Part shown: in pieces, positions 1-13,758 of the stretch | How the letters are laid out: each line of letters starts with the position of its first letter | Numbering within the stretch: position 1 is the first letter of the stretch | Assembly (NCBI RefSeq): GCF_001194135.2 | Contig: NC_068985.1 | Coordinates: 31,883,079-31,947,078, forward strand | Source: Octopus bimaculoides | Lineage: Eukaryota | Length of the DNA: 64,000 nt | Direction of reading: 5' to 3' | Program-made: the position numbers and the translations under genes | Notes under the pieces: generated by a model | Seen by the model: only the letters and a program-made list of their open reading frames with translations | The model's database searches: none | Told to the model about the DNA's origin: nothing

Positions 1-365
1 AGTAGACCACTCCTAGCTTGTGTGTTGCATGAGTTAAAAACTGACATGTGTAGGCGACAAACTGAATTAAATTGCATATAAGTCACTGACTTTTTCTTTT
101 CATTCAATTCACTCTTTTAGATTTCTCAGGTTTCAAATTTCTATGAATATTTTCTTTACTTTTTTATATTATTAATTTCCTAGCAACTTTCACCATGAGT
201 AATGTGAGACAATAGTGATGTGCAAGCTATTAATGATCTAATGTTTTCCGATCTCTGCAAAATAGTTCTCATTACTAATAATGTAACTGTGACAATTAAC
301 TACTAGTATTCATCTGAAGCAAAGAATAAAGCATTTAAATAACATTCAATCTTTACGTGACTTAC

Positions 366-989
366 CTTTTGTTGTCATATTTTTCATCAAGGTTCTTTAG
401 GACCAAACCAGTCACAATGGTGATTGTAGCAGATGAGTAATTAAAAATGAATAAATAAATGAATACAATCAAAATAACACTTACCAAGTGCCATTGATTC
501 GGAAATTCTTTATCTGAAAATCTAACTGCCCACCGTTTATGCCTTTTACGAATTATTTCTCGGCTGTATGATTCAACATGTTGATGTTTGTCTAGTTTTA
601 ATTCAACTATTTCCTGAGTCTTTCTGAAGAGATCCTTATGCAAATCCAAATGCTTTTTATGAAAGAAGCCTACAGAATAATTCACAGCACCTTCATGTTC
701 TGGAGGTTGATAGGCAAATAGGTAATGAGCATCTATGTCACCTATTTGGTGAAGCAGCACCAGAGATATGTCATTGGTTAACTGTTTAAAAGCATCACTA
801 AAATTTGAGACAAAACCCCAGTAAGGTTTTCGAAGCTTCACTGCCCATAGCAATGTCTCTTCATAGTCTGTGAGTGATATGACAGAAGAAATTGTTCGTT
901 TGCTGAAAATTAGTGGTCTGGCAGAACAGGGCATCACATAGAAACTCCATTGTAGGCAGATTAGTATGATGCCAGTCACTAGTGGCATG
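366..989 (-). CDS. Internal coding exon of an unidentified membrane-protein gene (phase 2 to phase 2)
   Basis: Lies inside a 245-codon ORF, very long for this AT-rich DNA. It has a long polypyrimidine acceptor (ttttcttttcttttttttttttag, AG at 991-990) and a perfect AG|GTAAGT donor (365-360). The 624 nt equal 1+207x3+2. The translation has two hydrophobic segments (MPLVTGIILICLQWSFYV; WHLVSVILIVFIYLFIF) around a loop with N-glycosylation sequons (NFS, NYS). Family not recognised. Confidence 0.7.
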
Positions 990-1199
990 CTAAAAAAAAA
1001 AAGAAAAGAAAAAATTACTTTAAATGTGTCATGATATTTTTTAAAAAAATTTTTCCAGAGTAAGAAGCAAAAAGAGGAACATGAAATAGAATTATCCAAA
1101 GAGAAGTTTTTAGAATAGTTGTTGTGAATATTTATATGCTATTGGAGTTGAATAAATAAATACTCCTGGTGATCCTTGGAACTTTTGTTTATATGTTAA

Positions 1200-1800
1200 T
1201 GAGGTGAAGAGGGCTTATGTCCATGAGAATAGGACAGTTGACATTCAGCTTAAACATATGCAGAGCAATATTTGCAGGAAAAGTGTGGGTAGAGAGAGAA
1301 TTCTAGAATGTAACAGTTCTGTGCAGAAAGGACTGAGTAAAGTGTTTCATGAGATTCAGGAGATTAGATAACAAAAATGGTAATATGAGGATTGAAGGAT
1401 GAATTGGGTGAGCCAGTGCGGAGAGAGTATTCAAATAGTTATTATTTCAAGGGAGCAGAGGCCAATGTAGAAATGGTAAAAGAGGTAAATAGTAGAAATT
1501 TCAGTTCTGTCAGCTAATAGTTGAAGCATGTTGGTAGTGAATCATTGCCAATCAGATGGTAAACTTTCTTTTGGATGTAATTTAAAGTGTCAGTAACTGC
1601 AACATTATCCCAGCACAATGTGAGTATTTCTTGAGCTTTGCAGATAGTCATCATCCAATCAGAGTTGAAGTATTTTCTAACTCAGAAGAAGAATTCTGGA
1701 CTTTGTGATACAGTTTAGGCAATGTTATGTATGTGGAACCAACATGAGGGTCAGAAAACATGAGGTAGCATTTGTAGCAATTGTGAAAGTTTTAGTTTTA
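1200..1800 (-). mobile_element. Highly degenerate CR1/L2-like LINE 3' remnant
   Basis: Purine-rich plus strand. The minus strand gives broken peptides resembling the C-terminal end of CR1-type ORF2, similar in character to 47730-48350. Boundaries approximate. Confidence 0.4.
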
Positions 1801-2457
1801 TGTTGCTTAAAAGAGTGAATATATGACTGTTTCTTTGATATTAATTATTGTTAATAATGTTAAAAGAGACTAGACAGTCATGTTACAACTAAAGAATGCT
1901 CTCAAGGTCATTGTTGGACAAAAGGCTGTTAAGCATTTTGTTTCACATGCTATGATTCTCCAGCTCACCACATTAATATTAGTAGTAATATTAGAAGCAG
2001 TAGTAATAATAATAATAGTAGCACTAGCAACAACAGTCTTGTATCTTGTATCATTGCCAGCTCCCACATACTAGAAACATTAGCAACAACAATACTAGTG
2101 AATGTAATAGAAGCAGTTGTCATCTGGACATACACAAACTCAATTATAATAAAACTAACACATTCAGCAAAAGGCTTACCCAGAATGTTATAGTTTCCAA
2201 CATACCAAATTGCACTGCTGTAATTTTTAACTGATTAGTACTGACACACTATCACTAGGTAAAGAATTTTAGTAACGATCCTAATATAACTATACCTTAT
2301 TTTCAAACATTCTCAACCTTTTTCTCATAAACAAACAGCTTCTCACACATCAAATGCAATGATGAAGAAACCAGAGAATTATACACAATACATATTCCTT
2401 GAACAGAAACTTAAATCTACAATTTAAATCGTAGAATGGTTATTTAGACTTCATAGA

Positions 2458-3702
2458 TTGGGTCATCCCATAAATAATGCATTTTTTAAATACTTCTTTT
2501 ATTTTTCAAAATCAAGATAAACAAATTTCGTTTTTAATTTAAAATATACTCTCCTTCATTTTCTACAATGCTCTGTCATCTACCTCATAGACTTGTAAAG
2601 CTCCTCTTCCAAAATTTACTTGTCCGTGATGAAAAATATCCTCCAGTACTGTTCTGACCTTGTCTACAGAATTCATATTTTTTCTGTATAAATGATTTTG
2701 AAGACTGCAGAATAAATGATAATCAGGTGGAGCAATGTCCGGTGGATATGGTGGGTTCAAACTGCTCCAGCCTTTGGAATGTCATCTTCACTGTATGTGG
2801 CCGAGCATTATCCTGATGGAAGAACACCTTTTGTCTTGAAAACAAAGATGGTTGTTTTTCTTCTAACACTGACTGAAGCCACTCAAGTTGCTCACAGTAG
2901 ATCTTTGTTGTTGTTTGGTTTGGGTTTAAAAGTTCAAAGTGGACTAAATTTTTCATATCCCACCAAACAGATAACACTTTACGTGGGTGAAGACCTTCTT
3001 TAGCCTGGGGTGCCAGTGTTTCTCCTTTCCCTACCCACTGTCTTCGGCATTTGATATTTTTATAGAGAACCCATTTCTCGTCACCAGTCACTATTTGGTC
3101 CAAAAAAGATTCATTCATGAGATGTAACAGCAAAGAAGAGGACACATTCACTCTCTGCATGTGATTAGACTCAGAAAGTTTGTGAGGAACCCATTGACCC
3201 AATTTACTGACTTTTCCAATGACTGGTTGAATGACCAAATCCAAACTTTTCTGCTAGTTCCTCAACAGTTACGATGGGATTTTGTTCCACCAGGGTTTGG
3301 AAGATGTATTCCTTGAGCTCTACAGATCTTCCAGGATGAGGTTGGTCTTCTAAGCTGTAGTTTCTGGTTCAGAATTTCTGGAACCACCATTGACACTGGC
3401 TTACGTTTATTGTCTGATCCCCATATGCTGCATTAACATTTCTCACACTTTCCATTGCATTGTTACCTTTATTGAACTCATAAAGTAAAATATGTCGAGT
3501 ATGCTCCTTTGTCACTTCCATTATAGCTTTGAAAAAAAACTGTTAAAATTGAACTGCACTCTTCAAAACTTGCACTAAGAATAAGGACAAGGTAAAATTA
3601 CTACCTGATTTATAGCAAGTCGATACAGGTAGTTTATTCCGTCCCCCTCTGACCTTTAGTTCATGCAATTAAAAAAACTGCATTATTTATGGGATAACCC
3701 AA
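2458..3702 (-). mobile_element. Full-length mariner DNA transposon (D,D34D), transposase pseudogenised
   Basis: TIRs TTGGGT(C/T)ATCCCATAAATAATGC at both ends, with TA at 3703-3704. ATG at 3521 gives MEVTKEHTRHILLYEFNKG. Motifs WVPHKL, IVTGDEKW, HQDNARPH and PYPPDIAPPDYHLF are spread over frameshifted ORFs 2723-3244 and 2563-2760. Confidence 0.95.
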
Positions 3703-3849
3703 TACTTTCACTAATTAATAATTTTAAGCATATCTCTTATTTAGTGACATTAAGTTGCTTGCTCAACAAAATACTCTGAAAATTGATATGAAACTGATTA
3801 AGATAATGATATAACAATTTCTAAATAAACAACCATTAAAATAAGCACA

Positions 3850-4015
3850 GGCATAGATATTTAGTTAAGTAGTTTGCTTCACAAGTACATGGTTCTTGGT
3901 TCAATCCTAGTGTGCAGCACCTTGAGTAAATGTCTTCAATTATAGCTTTGAATTGAACAATATCTTGTCAATGGAATTTGCTACATGAAAAATGTGCAGA
4001 AGCCTATTTTATATG
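3850..4015 (+). mobile_element. Degenerate tRNA-derived SINE (same family as 34937-35318)
   Basis: Diverged match (ggttcaatcc...caccttgagtaaatgtcttc...atagc) to the well-preserved copy at 34937. Confidence 0.55.
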
Positions 4016-7000
4016 CTACGTGTGGATGGGAGGGTTTCTGTGTTTATATTTTTACTTTTCTAAAAAATAGTATTGCTTATATTGCATCCTTTTACATTCT
4101 GTGACTTGGTCAAACCTATATCAGCAATGAAAGTGGACATTAAACAATGATGACTTAGTGGTTCAACAAACAAAAGGCAAAAAAGTACCAAACTGATATA
4201 AGTACTACAATTGATATGATTGACTGGAAGGTAGTACACCAACATGACCACAGATCAATGACTGAAACCAATAAAAAACAAAACAATCCAATTAAATAAT
4301 AAATAAATTATACAACCAATAGTTTATTTTTGAACAAGCAATGTTTTTGGTACATGGTTTTAAGTTAATAGAAAAATAGAGTTGATTGAATCAACTCCAA
4401 TTCTTGTCTGGTAGCTATTTTACCAACCCTGGAACAATAAATGACAACATTATCTCGTGCAGGATTTGAATGCAGGACATAGAGGAAGTAAATGCAGTAA
4501 AGCATTTTGACTTATACTCAATTATTTATGCTACTTTATTGCTCTTTGAATAGATAATTAATAGATTACTCTAAAGAACTTTTATAATTTATACTTTGAA
4601 TGTTATATACTGAAAAGCTGTAGATAATATTGTGTCAGGTCACATATAAATTTCAGATATACTGGAAGATAACAATAAGATTATGATTGTCATTATAAGA
4701 GTATAATAAATAAATGTACTCAGATTTCAATTGATGAAAATATTAACTATCATCAACAGCTTGAACTGACAGGCACTATTAGGTTTTCGCCAACACTATG
4801 TACAATCAGATATACTTTTTTTCACAAAGGATTTATGGATGAACACAAAAAGAGGGACCAGCTGGATTTAATCTTGCGTTGGGTTTCCATTAGCAACCAA
4901 GTACTCTCTTTAAATGTTAATAAAGACTACTTATAAACCCACTATAATTAAAAGATTAAGTAGAGCAGATAGACCAATTCACATAAATAATACATTCATG
5001 GCAGTTAATTCATTCAATTAATTAATGAAGTAGTAACAGTATTTTACTATACTATACTGTATTATAGAATATACCAATGGACTTTAGCGAACACTGTATA
5101 CATAGAAAGATGTTAACATCTCGTATCTAAATACAATATCGGATCCAGTTTTTTTCATTTATAAAATATGCATTTTTCAAAAGGAAGTAAAAAATCTGAA
5201 ATATCGGCTATAATAATGTAGCCTTCCAGTCTCATTGCTTTGAAGGTATGATGTGGAGAAAAAATTGGAGAAAAAGTTAGAGGTTTAGAAATCGAAGAAA
5301 CTGAGTATTTTTAACCAATAGCGAGACAGAAATTTTCTGTATTTAGCAGAGTGGTGTCAACTTTAATGCTGTACCCTGCGAAATTTATAGTTTAGCATCT
5401 GACCTGTTCATTGTAGGTTTCTAAATAAACAGAAATACCGAATGAAATCAACATGTATCATCTTACTGTTTCTTTTGTCTCTTCATTGAGTGTATTTTTT
5501 AATTATTTTTTAATTACTTATATTAAAATATTTGTCTGCACGTGTTTACTTTATACATATTTCAGTATTATGTATACCTGTCATGTATTTGTGTACATCA
5601 TTAATATATAAGTGCATGTATGTGTGTGTGAAAACTCCAAAGTTGAGTAACATTTTTATGCTTGGATAACTACGATAAGAATAACACTGGTCAACAAAGA
5701 ATTTGTCCCAAGGAAAAGAATACCTGTATCTTATATGTTTTTGCATGCGAAATTCAAAAATAACATTTAATTAGCTGTATCACCCAGTTTCTCTGTTCCA
5801 CAATATCTTCCCTCTCAGTTCCTGTTACATGGGCTAAATTTCAGTTAAGCTGTTGAAATATGAAGCTAACGGTTTAAGAAATACTCTTGATTAAAATTTT
5901 TATGAATAGAATTAACCTAGTGAAATCATAAATCCAGCTATCTGAATCAACGAGTCCCAAAAATATTTGAAATGAAAAATATGTAAAAATACTAACACAC
6001 AGAAGCACAGAAAAATATGTAATATATTTACACACAGAAAAATTAAAACAAAACACACAGGTAAAAAGAATCTCGTGGTGTGAAAAATCAACATAGACAA
6101 CAGTGAACCACAACACAGCATGTGGTTGTCATGGTAATAAGCTGCTAATGCCACGCTGTCTGTTGATTGGCTAAAATTACCCAAATTTCCCAACTTTAAT
6201 TCCAAATAACATCAGATTCTTTAAGTTACGAGATAAAATAATTGGTTGATTGTAATCAAAATTCAGAGTTGCATCAATACACCAAAATTGAAAGCAATCT
6301 GAGTAAAATTAAGGGGAACTCATTTTGCGAATGAGAAAGATTAGATCAACAATATCTTTATGGAGAGAAAAAAAAGAATCAGATGAACTAAATTTGATTG
6401 TGCTGGAATTTTATCAGAAACTGCATAGCCTCTAATTGTCCACAGTAATTTAAGTCTATTACTGTAGCACACTCTGAGACAGACTGGATTCCTGTTCATG
6501 GGTATGTTGTAACCTCAGTCAGCCAAGGAAACCATATAACTGACCCTACTGTCCGACAACCCAAGATATATTTATTACTTTACTATTGTAGCACACTGGA
6601 GGGTGCATAAATATTCAAAATTAGAAACTGATAAATATTAAGTTTCTTTTGGGGTTTTTTTTTCTTTATTTTTAATAAATTATTTTTAGCATAAACTAAA
6701 GAATATATTAGCTTACTTGTTGTTTTCTGGCTGATAATCTTTTCTTTTTTAAATATACTAGTAAAAGCACTGTGGTGAAAAACTTTTTGGGGAGAAGAGT
6801 TTTGGATAATTCACACGTCTCAATTTTGTTTCCTCATAACTTACAGAAAAATGGGTATTTTTCAATGAATTCTCGACAAATAACTTTCAGGTGGTTTACA
6901 TTAGGATTGTATAAAAAATCTTTTTAACTGGTAGGAGGGATGGATATTTCATGAATCTTGATTTAGTTTCCTCATCATTTTAACAATTTAACAACAATTA

Positions 7001-10000
7001 TGTTGAAAAAAAGTTACCTTTGAGACCCATGTGATCCTTGCTATTTCTAACATACTAAATGACCACATAGGGATGGACTACCTTTGAGTTTGTATAAAGA
7101 AAAGAGATTAAGATTGTAATAAAATAACTAGATGCATATATTCAACTGAAGAATCTTTTGATCCCTAAGAGAGATTGTGCCAATGTTGCCTATAACAAAA
7201 AAGGTTTTGAATATCAACCAATAAAGCCAAACTATGATCCTTCAATATGCAGTTTTCCAGTAATTCATTTAAAATCATTGAGGCAACTTAAAACTAAAGC
7301 TTTCACATAAGATGTTTCCTTTCATATAAGTCCCCAATTCAATAATTTCTACATGTTAAAGCTAGTTTTGTCTTAATTCTGTGATAATTATATAAATAAT
7401 TGTAGCAGTTATATACAAAGCCCTGAACTTTAAAATAATTTAAGCGTGTAGGAGTTATTTAAAAATGACATCTTAGTTTCATTATAATCATCAGTACTAT
7501 TTTAACCAAAGACAAGTAGCCTGTAAGTCATTTTTGGTTATTTAAATAGAAGCAAAACTGCTAACATTCTCTTATTCTCTTTTAGTTATCACTAGCAACT
7601 TATGGGTAAGTTGTGTCCTTTTACACTCTCATCAGCTGTTAACTCTTCTACTTTGACATTGTCCAGAGAGAATAACATCTGTCCATTAAAAAAAAAAAAT
7701 TCTATTTGTTTCTGTCCATTATCTGTTTGTAAACATTTTGACTTTACAAGCACAAACTTATGTATATATTCTTACAAACACTTTTATAAAAATTCTGCCT
7801 TTATTGAAACGTTGAATTATATATGCTTTCAAATCTGCACTCAGAAATCTGCTTATTGGAATAACATGCTTATTGAAACATTCAACCAACAAGAATAAAA
7901 GAGACTTATTTTCTGTTAGTATGTTAGAAACAAAAGGAAAATATTTATATATACTTCATCATTGCTGTTATCTCTACAAACTCTCCTTTTGATTTCCTAT
8001 AAGTATCTGAACTACAGTTCCAAGTTTTAATAATTAGGTCAATATGTTAACAAGTAAATGAGGAATTATTATCATTATTAGCTTAATATTGCCTTTTCAT
8101 GCCAGCATGGCTTAAACAGATTTCTCAGATATGATCTAATTATCACTTACTTAATACTCATTTTTCCTATCTTTACCATGAGAACACCTCACCTGCTACA
8201 ACTAAATATTGGTTGATTTCTCGCTTCAAACATAATCTTGATTTATATTATCTGTCCATATGAATACCATTAACTCTTAGGTATAGATTAGCCAATTCTT
8301 CAGTGACTAGCCACTTTATCAACACATACATAGTTAATTTATATGTTAACAGTTCATATTCAACAGATTTTGCTCAACTCATTTGTTTCTTGTCACTGTA
8401 GGTCATCAGCATGCCTACTTGTATTTCACAGTTATATATTATCATACTTGCTATCCAGCAGAAGACATGTCTCATAAAGCATGTCTTTGTGTGTGTGGGT
8501 GAATAAATAGACATAGACTGAGAGTGTATTTCTAAAAGAAGCAGTAGTTAAAATGTTAAAACAAAGTGTTGGATTAACAAAATAAAACACCCATCATATA
8601 AAAGTGGAATGGCTTGGTTACGGGTTAACATTTTTTCAGTCCTTTGATAAACATGAAATAATTAATAATTTACCAACATAAACAGTGAAATAATAAACCA
8701 TCTGGTTTGTAGGTTATGATAATCCTCCAACTGATTCTACCTATGCTATAGGTTAACTTAATCAAACCTAAATTTTATTTTGTGTTGGTGGAGAAAAACT
8801 ATTTATTTGAAGTAAATAATACCATATAATTAGAGCAGTTCAGAAACAAGCAATTTAGTTGAGAAATAGAAATGAAGAAATCTGTACTGTTTAAAATTAA
8901 ATTTAAAATGTCATAAATGAGGTTACAATAAAAGTGGAACTCAGATGAAAGGTGTAAGTGAACGAAAGCACTCAGTTCACACTAAGAAATGGTAACTAAA
9001 AGAAAGAGTCACTAACCATAAAACCATAAACAGAACAAACACACAATACTGAAGATGCCTGTTTCTCTGATACTGTTTATGCCAGATAACAACAATTGCA
9101 GACAAGTGAAAAAATGTGCCAAGATCTCTTCTACCCATGCCAATATGGTAAAATGGATGTAAAATGATGATGAGTATGAAAGATAAGAATATGGAATTCT
9201 AAAAGCACTGTTAGAAGATAAGGATGATACAACAATAGGAAACTAAAATTGTCAAGTTCACATAAATAATGTCAGAAGGTAGTTCACAATGGTAACAGCA
9301 TTTTAAAAATTATTCCATCAATATTCTTAAATGAAAACATTTGAAATACTTTTAGACATTATTTTTGTATAAAGGAATGCTACAATATGGTGGTGAAAGC
9401 TACTCAAAATCAAGAAAGCATGAAAGCTCTAATCAGGACAAACCCAAGAACATTTGGACCCACTTATGAAATGATACAGGAACACGATGTATAAAAGGAT
9501 GCATTATTACAGAACCATAAGAACTAGACATTAAATAATGGTGAGAGAAGTTTAGTGAGAGTTTCTTTTCTCTTGTGATCCTCATCATTGCTTAAATGTC
9601 TATTTTCTGCTTTAGTATGGGTTAAACAAATCTGCAAGAAAGACTTGATGACAATAGTGAGGACAGTGATGCAGTTTCATAAATGGAAATATTTATAAGT
9701 TACAAGGTTAAATTGATATTGTAAGAAGCTCTCAATAGAATAATCTTAATATATTTTGTTTAAATAACGATAATAAACACCACCGTCAATTTCAGTTAAT
9801 AAAAAAAGAAACAGGAAACAATAGAAAAGGGAAAATCTATTCTCTTCACAATACAGATGGAAACAAAACAAAATTCAAGTAGTAAATACTGACACAAACC
9901 AGAGAGAGAGAGTGAGAGCGAAAGAGATTTGTTGTATAGAAGTTTGGTAAAGAGCTGTATGGTAGTTAAAATACTGCAATTTTTTTGCATAACTATGTTA

Positions 10001-11049
10001 ATCAGTGCAGTACCAATGCAATTAGAGACCTTCGCATTTATGAGTGGCCAGTGTATCAATTCCATATAGAAATCATATGAAGGTATAGGTTCAGCCAAGG
10101 CAGAAAGAAAACAATAAATGGTTCTGAACAGCATGATGACAAATAATTAAGATATATTTTAAATTATTAAACTTTCCCTTATATTTTTGTTCTGTATTCA
10201 GGAGTATATGGCAAGTGAAATATTCCAATTTCAGTGTACCACAACTAATGATGGTTGTAATTATGTCTGAAACTACAATGGTTTTTTTTATTAGATGTGT
10301 TACTTTGATAAGTTTAAGGTTTTATGGAAAAATTCTTATACTGCATGAGTAAATATCTTTTAGTAATATTAATGTATTTGTCAGTTGTTCTATTTATAAG
10401 AAAATCACTGGAAAATGTAAATTATGAGATAATGGACTGGTTCAGACAGCTAGCCACATGTAACATTCTAGATAATATTTCTTAAAACTGCAATGACTGG
10501 ATGTGGCAGTATTGAAACATTTACCTGAAGCAACCATTAACAAGGAAGACAGAGAAAGATTTATGAACAAAATAATTTATAGAATAAACTACAAATACAA
10601 CAAATCCACTTAACACAAAAACTAAGGTATGAAAAATAAACATTCTTCTGTCAAAATGTACATGAAAATCATTCACATAGTGTCCTCAATAGATAAGCAA
10701 TAACTTACATTTTCAAACTGAAATACTTAGATTTAAAGACTAGATTCATATGGAAGAAGTATAATTTATGTTGCAAATTACATCAAATTATGTAATCCAT
10801 ACAAAAACACTTTGCTGATTTGCTAACTTCTTTCAATAAGTCCTGAGGAAATCAAAGTACAGCATATTGACAGTGTCTACATTACCTCCAATCTTCACCC
10901 AAAGTCACTAAATTAACTTTGAGCCTAATAAAAAGTTGGAAAGAAAATGATTTACTTTCAAAACTATGAAAAATTGTAAAAGAACAAGAATAAATCTGTA
11001 GAGAATCTCCCTTCTCTACACCAAAATCTACTGATTTCGATTAAATATT

Positions 11050-12060
11050 GTTCCCATTCATCAACTCTTATTATCGCACAAAGACAAGTCATATTTGTCC
11101 AGGAAGCATGATGTATTCTAATTTCTTTCTCAAAAGCGGTGTCTGCACTTACAGGGAATCCGCTCTTCCATCTGGATATATACAAAGAATTTCAGTTGAT
11201 CTGGCCTGTATCTCTTTCCTAGCCTTAAATTTTCATCTGCTGTCTCTACATCCCCAATCATCAACAGTTGTTCGACTATATCTCAATCTTTTAGGGATAT
11301 TACAGGATATTTATCTCAGCTCACCTTTTACTGATCTTTGTTGACTCCAAAACACAAGTCCTCTTGGCTTCTGAACATCTCTAACACCAACAGAACTGGG
11401 TTGAAACTCTATTTGCTATTCTGAATTACCTGCTTCACTGACTTCTATTCTTAATCAAAAACAACTTTAACATCTTTCTGAGTGCCAAACCAAACTTTTA
11501 CTCAATAATCACTGTTTCTGCTGTCATCCATCTACTAAATCAGAGTTTCTAACCATTACTTTGTCAAGTTAACCTACTTCTCATAATCTTAATGACCTTC
11601 CAAAACCACTGGTATTTTTTAATCAACTAAATAGTTGGTATTCCATTGACTCTATGTCAATTAATTTTGGCAGCAACTATGTTTCACATCTGATTCATCT
11701 ATCAGGTCTTGATGTATTCTTTCATTACACTCAAGAAATAGTTCCTATCCTCACCAAACTCACTCTGTACAGAGGTCAAGCCAATCTAGAAACCTGTAAA
11801 ATTGTGCCTCATTCCCAAGAAAGCAATCTCTGCCTCTACTAGCTACTTTCAAATTATCTTCATTATCCTTACCACAAACCTTAACTTCCAATATTGTAAA
11901 GAGGGTAGAAACTTGTGAACAACCTACTCTTTCATCATCTTGAGATTTTCTCCCCTATCAGTGACTACCAGTATGGCTTCCTTAAGGCCAGATCTATTAG
12001 AGACTTGATCACCTATTTTACACACTAGTGTTATGTCTGTCATAAGAACTTCCATGCTTA
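11050..12060 (+). mobile_element. Degenerate CR1/L2-type LINE ORF2 fragment (endonuclease to RT)
   Basis: Broken peptides KSGVCTY (APE-like), SGLDVFF...IVPILTKL and DYQYGFLKARSIRDLIT, which matches the QYGFR..RST RT motif. Many stops and frameshifts. Confidence 0.6.
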
Positions 12061-12323
12061 GTTCCTACATATGAGTTTCTTCTCTAGTCATTTGCAAATC
12101 ATGCAGAAGCTTCTGCTAAAATGGTAAGAGAAGAATTTTTGAGAAATGAAACAATTTAGATCTCTTGGGCAGCTCTACTTCGTCAAAGGTATTATTTATT
12201 TATTATTTTATATTTTACTCAGTCAGTCCTTTTTTGCTGAACCACTAAGTTACAGGGATGTAAACAAACCAACATTAGTTGTCAAGTGGAGGTAGAGAAT
12301 AATCATAAACACACACATACATA

Positions 12324-13183
12324 CATGGTCTAATCAATAAGTATCCGGACTGTTGCCATATTAACAAAGCTAAAGCATGCAGAGTAAAGCTGTTTGGCAC
12401 AGATTGACCTTCAACTCTGCTGTGCATGCACACTAAGTTTCAACATTCTAGCTCACTTCGATTGTTTACAGCAGTGCTTAAGAAGGAAGGTGTGTAGTGT
12501 GTGATTATTGCATCAACCATAACAGAATAACAGAAAGTTGAGCAGAGAATCTACATCAGATTTTGCCAAAGGCTTGGCAATACCTGCTCAGAGCCCTACA
12601 CAAAGTTTTTGACACAATCAAGATCTTGTGCAACTGATACCCAAGTGTCTTTTTGGTCAGCTGAAAGCAGTTTTGGCACAAACTTGGCAGACATGCATCT
12701 CATAACCAAATCTTCAGTGATAATGGACTGAATTGAGCCATAACTAATCTGCATATCTTCTGATAACTCACGGATGGTGGTTCCATGATTTCCCCTCACA
12801 GCTGCAAGCACATTTGCAATGTTTTTCTCAGTTCTGCTAGTTGCAGGTCTCCCAGAACATTCGTCAATAGCGACATTTTTTCGGCCATCTTGGAAACGTC
12901 TGAAGCACTCATACACTCCTCTCTATACACTTTCTGCAACTTTACGTAAGCCTCTGAGCAGGTATCTCCATGACAACTTTCTCTATCATGGTCAATGCAG
13001 TGATCACATGTTACACACCTTCTTTCCAAGCACTGCTGTAAACAGCAGAAGTGAGCAAGAATGTTAAAACTTAGTGCGCATGCACAGCAGAGTGCAAGGT
13101 CAATCTTTGCCAAGTGTCTTAGCTCTGCGTGCTTTAGTTTCATTACTATGGCGACAGTTCGGATACTTATTGATCAGACCTCG
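12324..13183. mobile_element. Non-autonomous fold-back mariner made of two inverted 5' ends
   Basis: TA flanks both ends (12322-23, 13184-85). Inverted arms of roughly 270 bp start C(A/G)(T/A)GGTCT(A/G)ATCAATAAGTATCCG. The left arm carries the transposase start on plus (EKVEQRIYIRFCQRLG). The right arm carries the transposase N-terminus on minus (CSGRPATS...LVMRCMSAKFVPKLL). Confidence 0.9.
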
Positions 13184-13758
13184 TATACACACACACAACA
13201 GGATTCTTTCAGTTTCTCTCTACCAGAGCCATTCACAAGTCTGAAACTATGTAGTTGAGAAGATCAAATATCCTGCCTGTGATATTATTTGCTTAGTATG
13301 TAAGAGAAAAAAGAAACTTTCTAAGTATCTGTACTTCTCGAAAAGGTATGTTGACATAGGTAGTTTAAAAAATTATATCCCTGAATCAGTAACCACTTAA
13401 AAACTATAAAGGTTTTATATTGATGGCATCAGTTAAATTGACTGCACAAACTAATAAATATTAACAGTAAAACACTACTTATATGTTTTCTCGTACCACC
13501 TGATTGTGACTCAAGTGTTATTCCTTTTTCTTTATGGGTAAATACTCATCTGTTGGAAATTTGCTCTCTGATTTCATTACCTCTCACCCCACCCCTGATT
13601 TCTTTTATTCTAATCTGATATTAAACTTGTAATTATGAAATTCTGTAAGTTTAAATCATCTGATACTGAATTTATTTGATTGGATGTAAGTAGAATGCTC
13701 TGAAAAGATATTATTGAGCGAAGTGACTCACTCTGATGTTCACGATTACATACTTATA

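Noticed and set aside
314-365. Possible 52-nt intron after the large exon, which would give the same ...NKR* end as unspliced RNA
   Set aside because: Probably too short, and the true next exon may lie outside the window; cannot be decided from sequence.
5874-6205. Two overlapping hydrophobic minus-strand ORFs
   Set aside because: They come from A-rich low-complexity sequence plus a MITE remnant similar to 20880-20940, and have no coherent splice sites.
9796-10134. 112-aa minus-strand ORF
   Set aside because: Runs through a (CT)n tract and has no convincing donor or recognisable motif.
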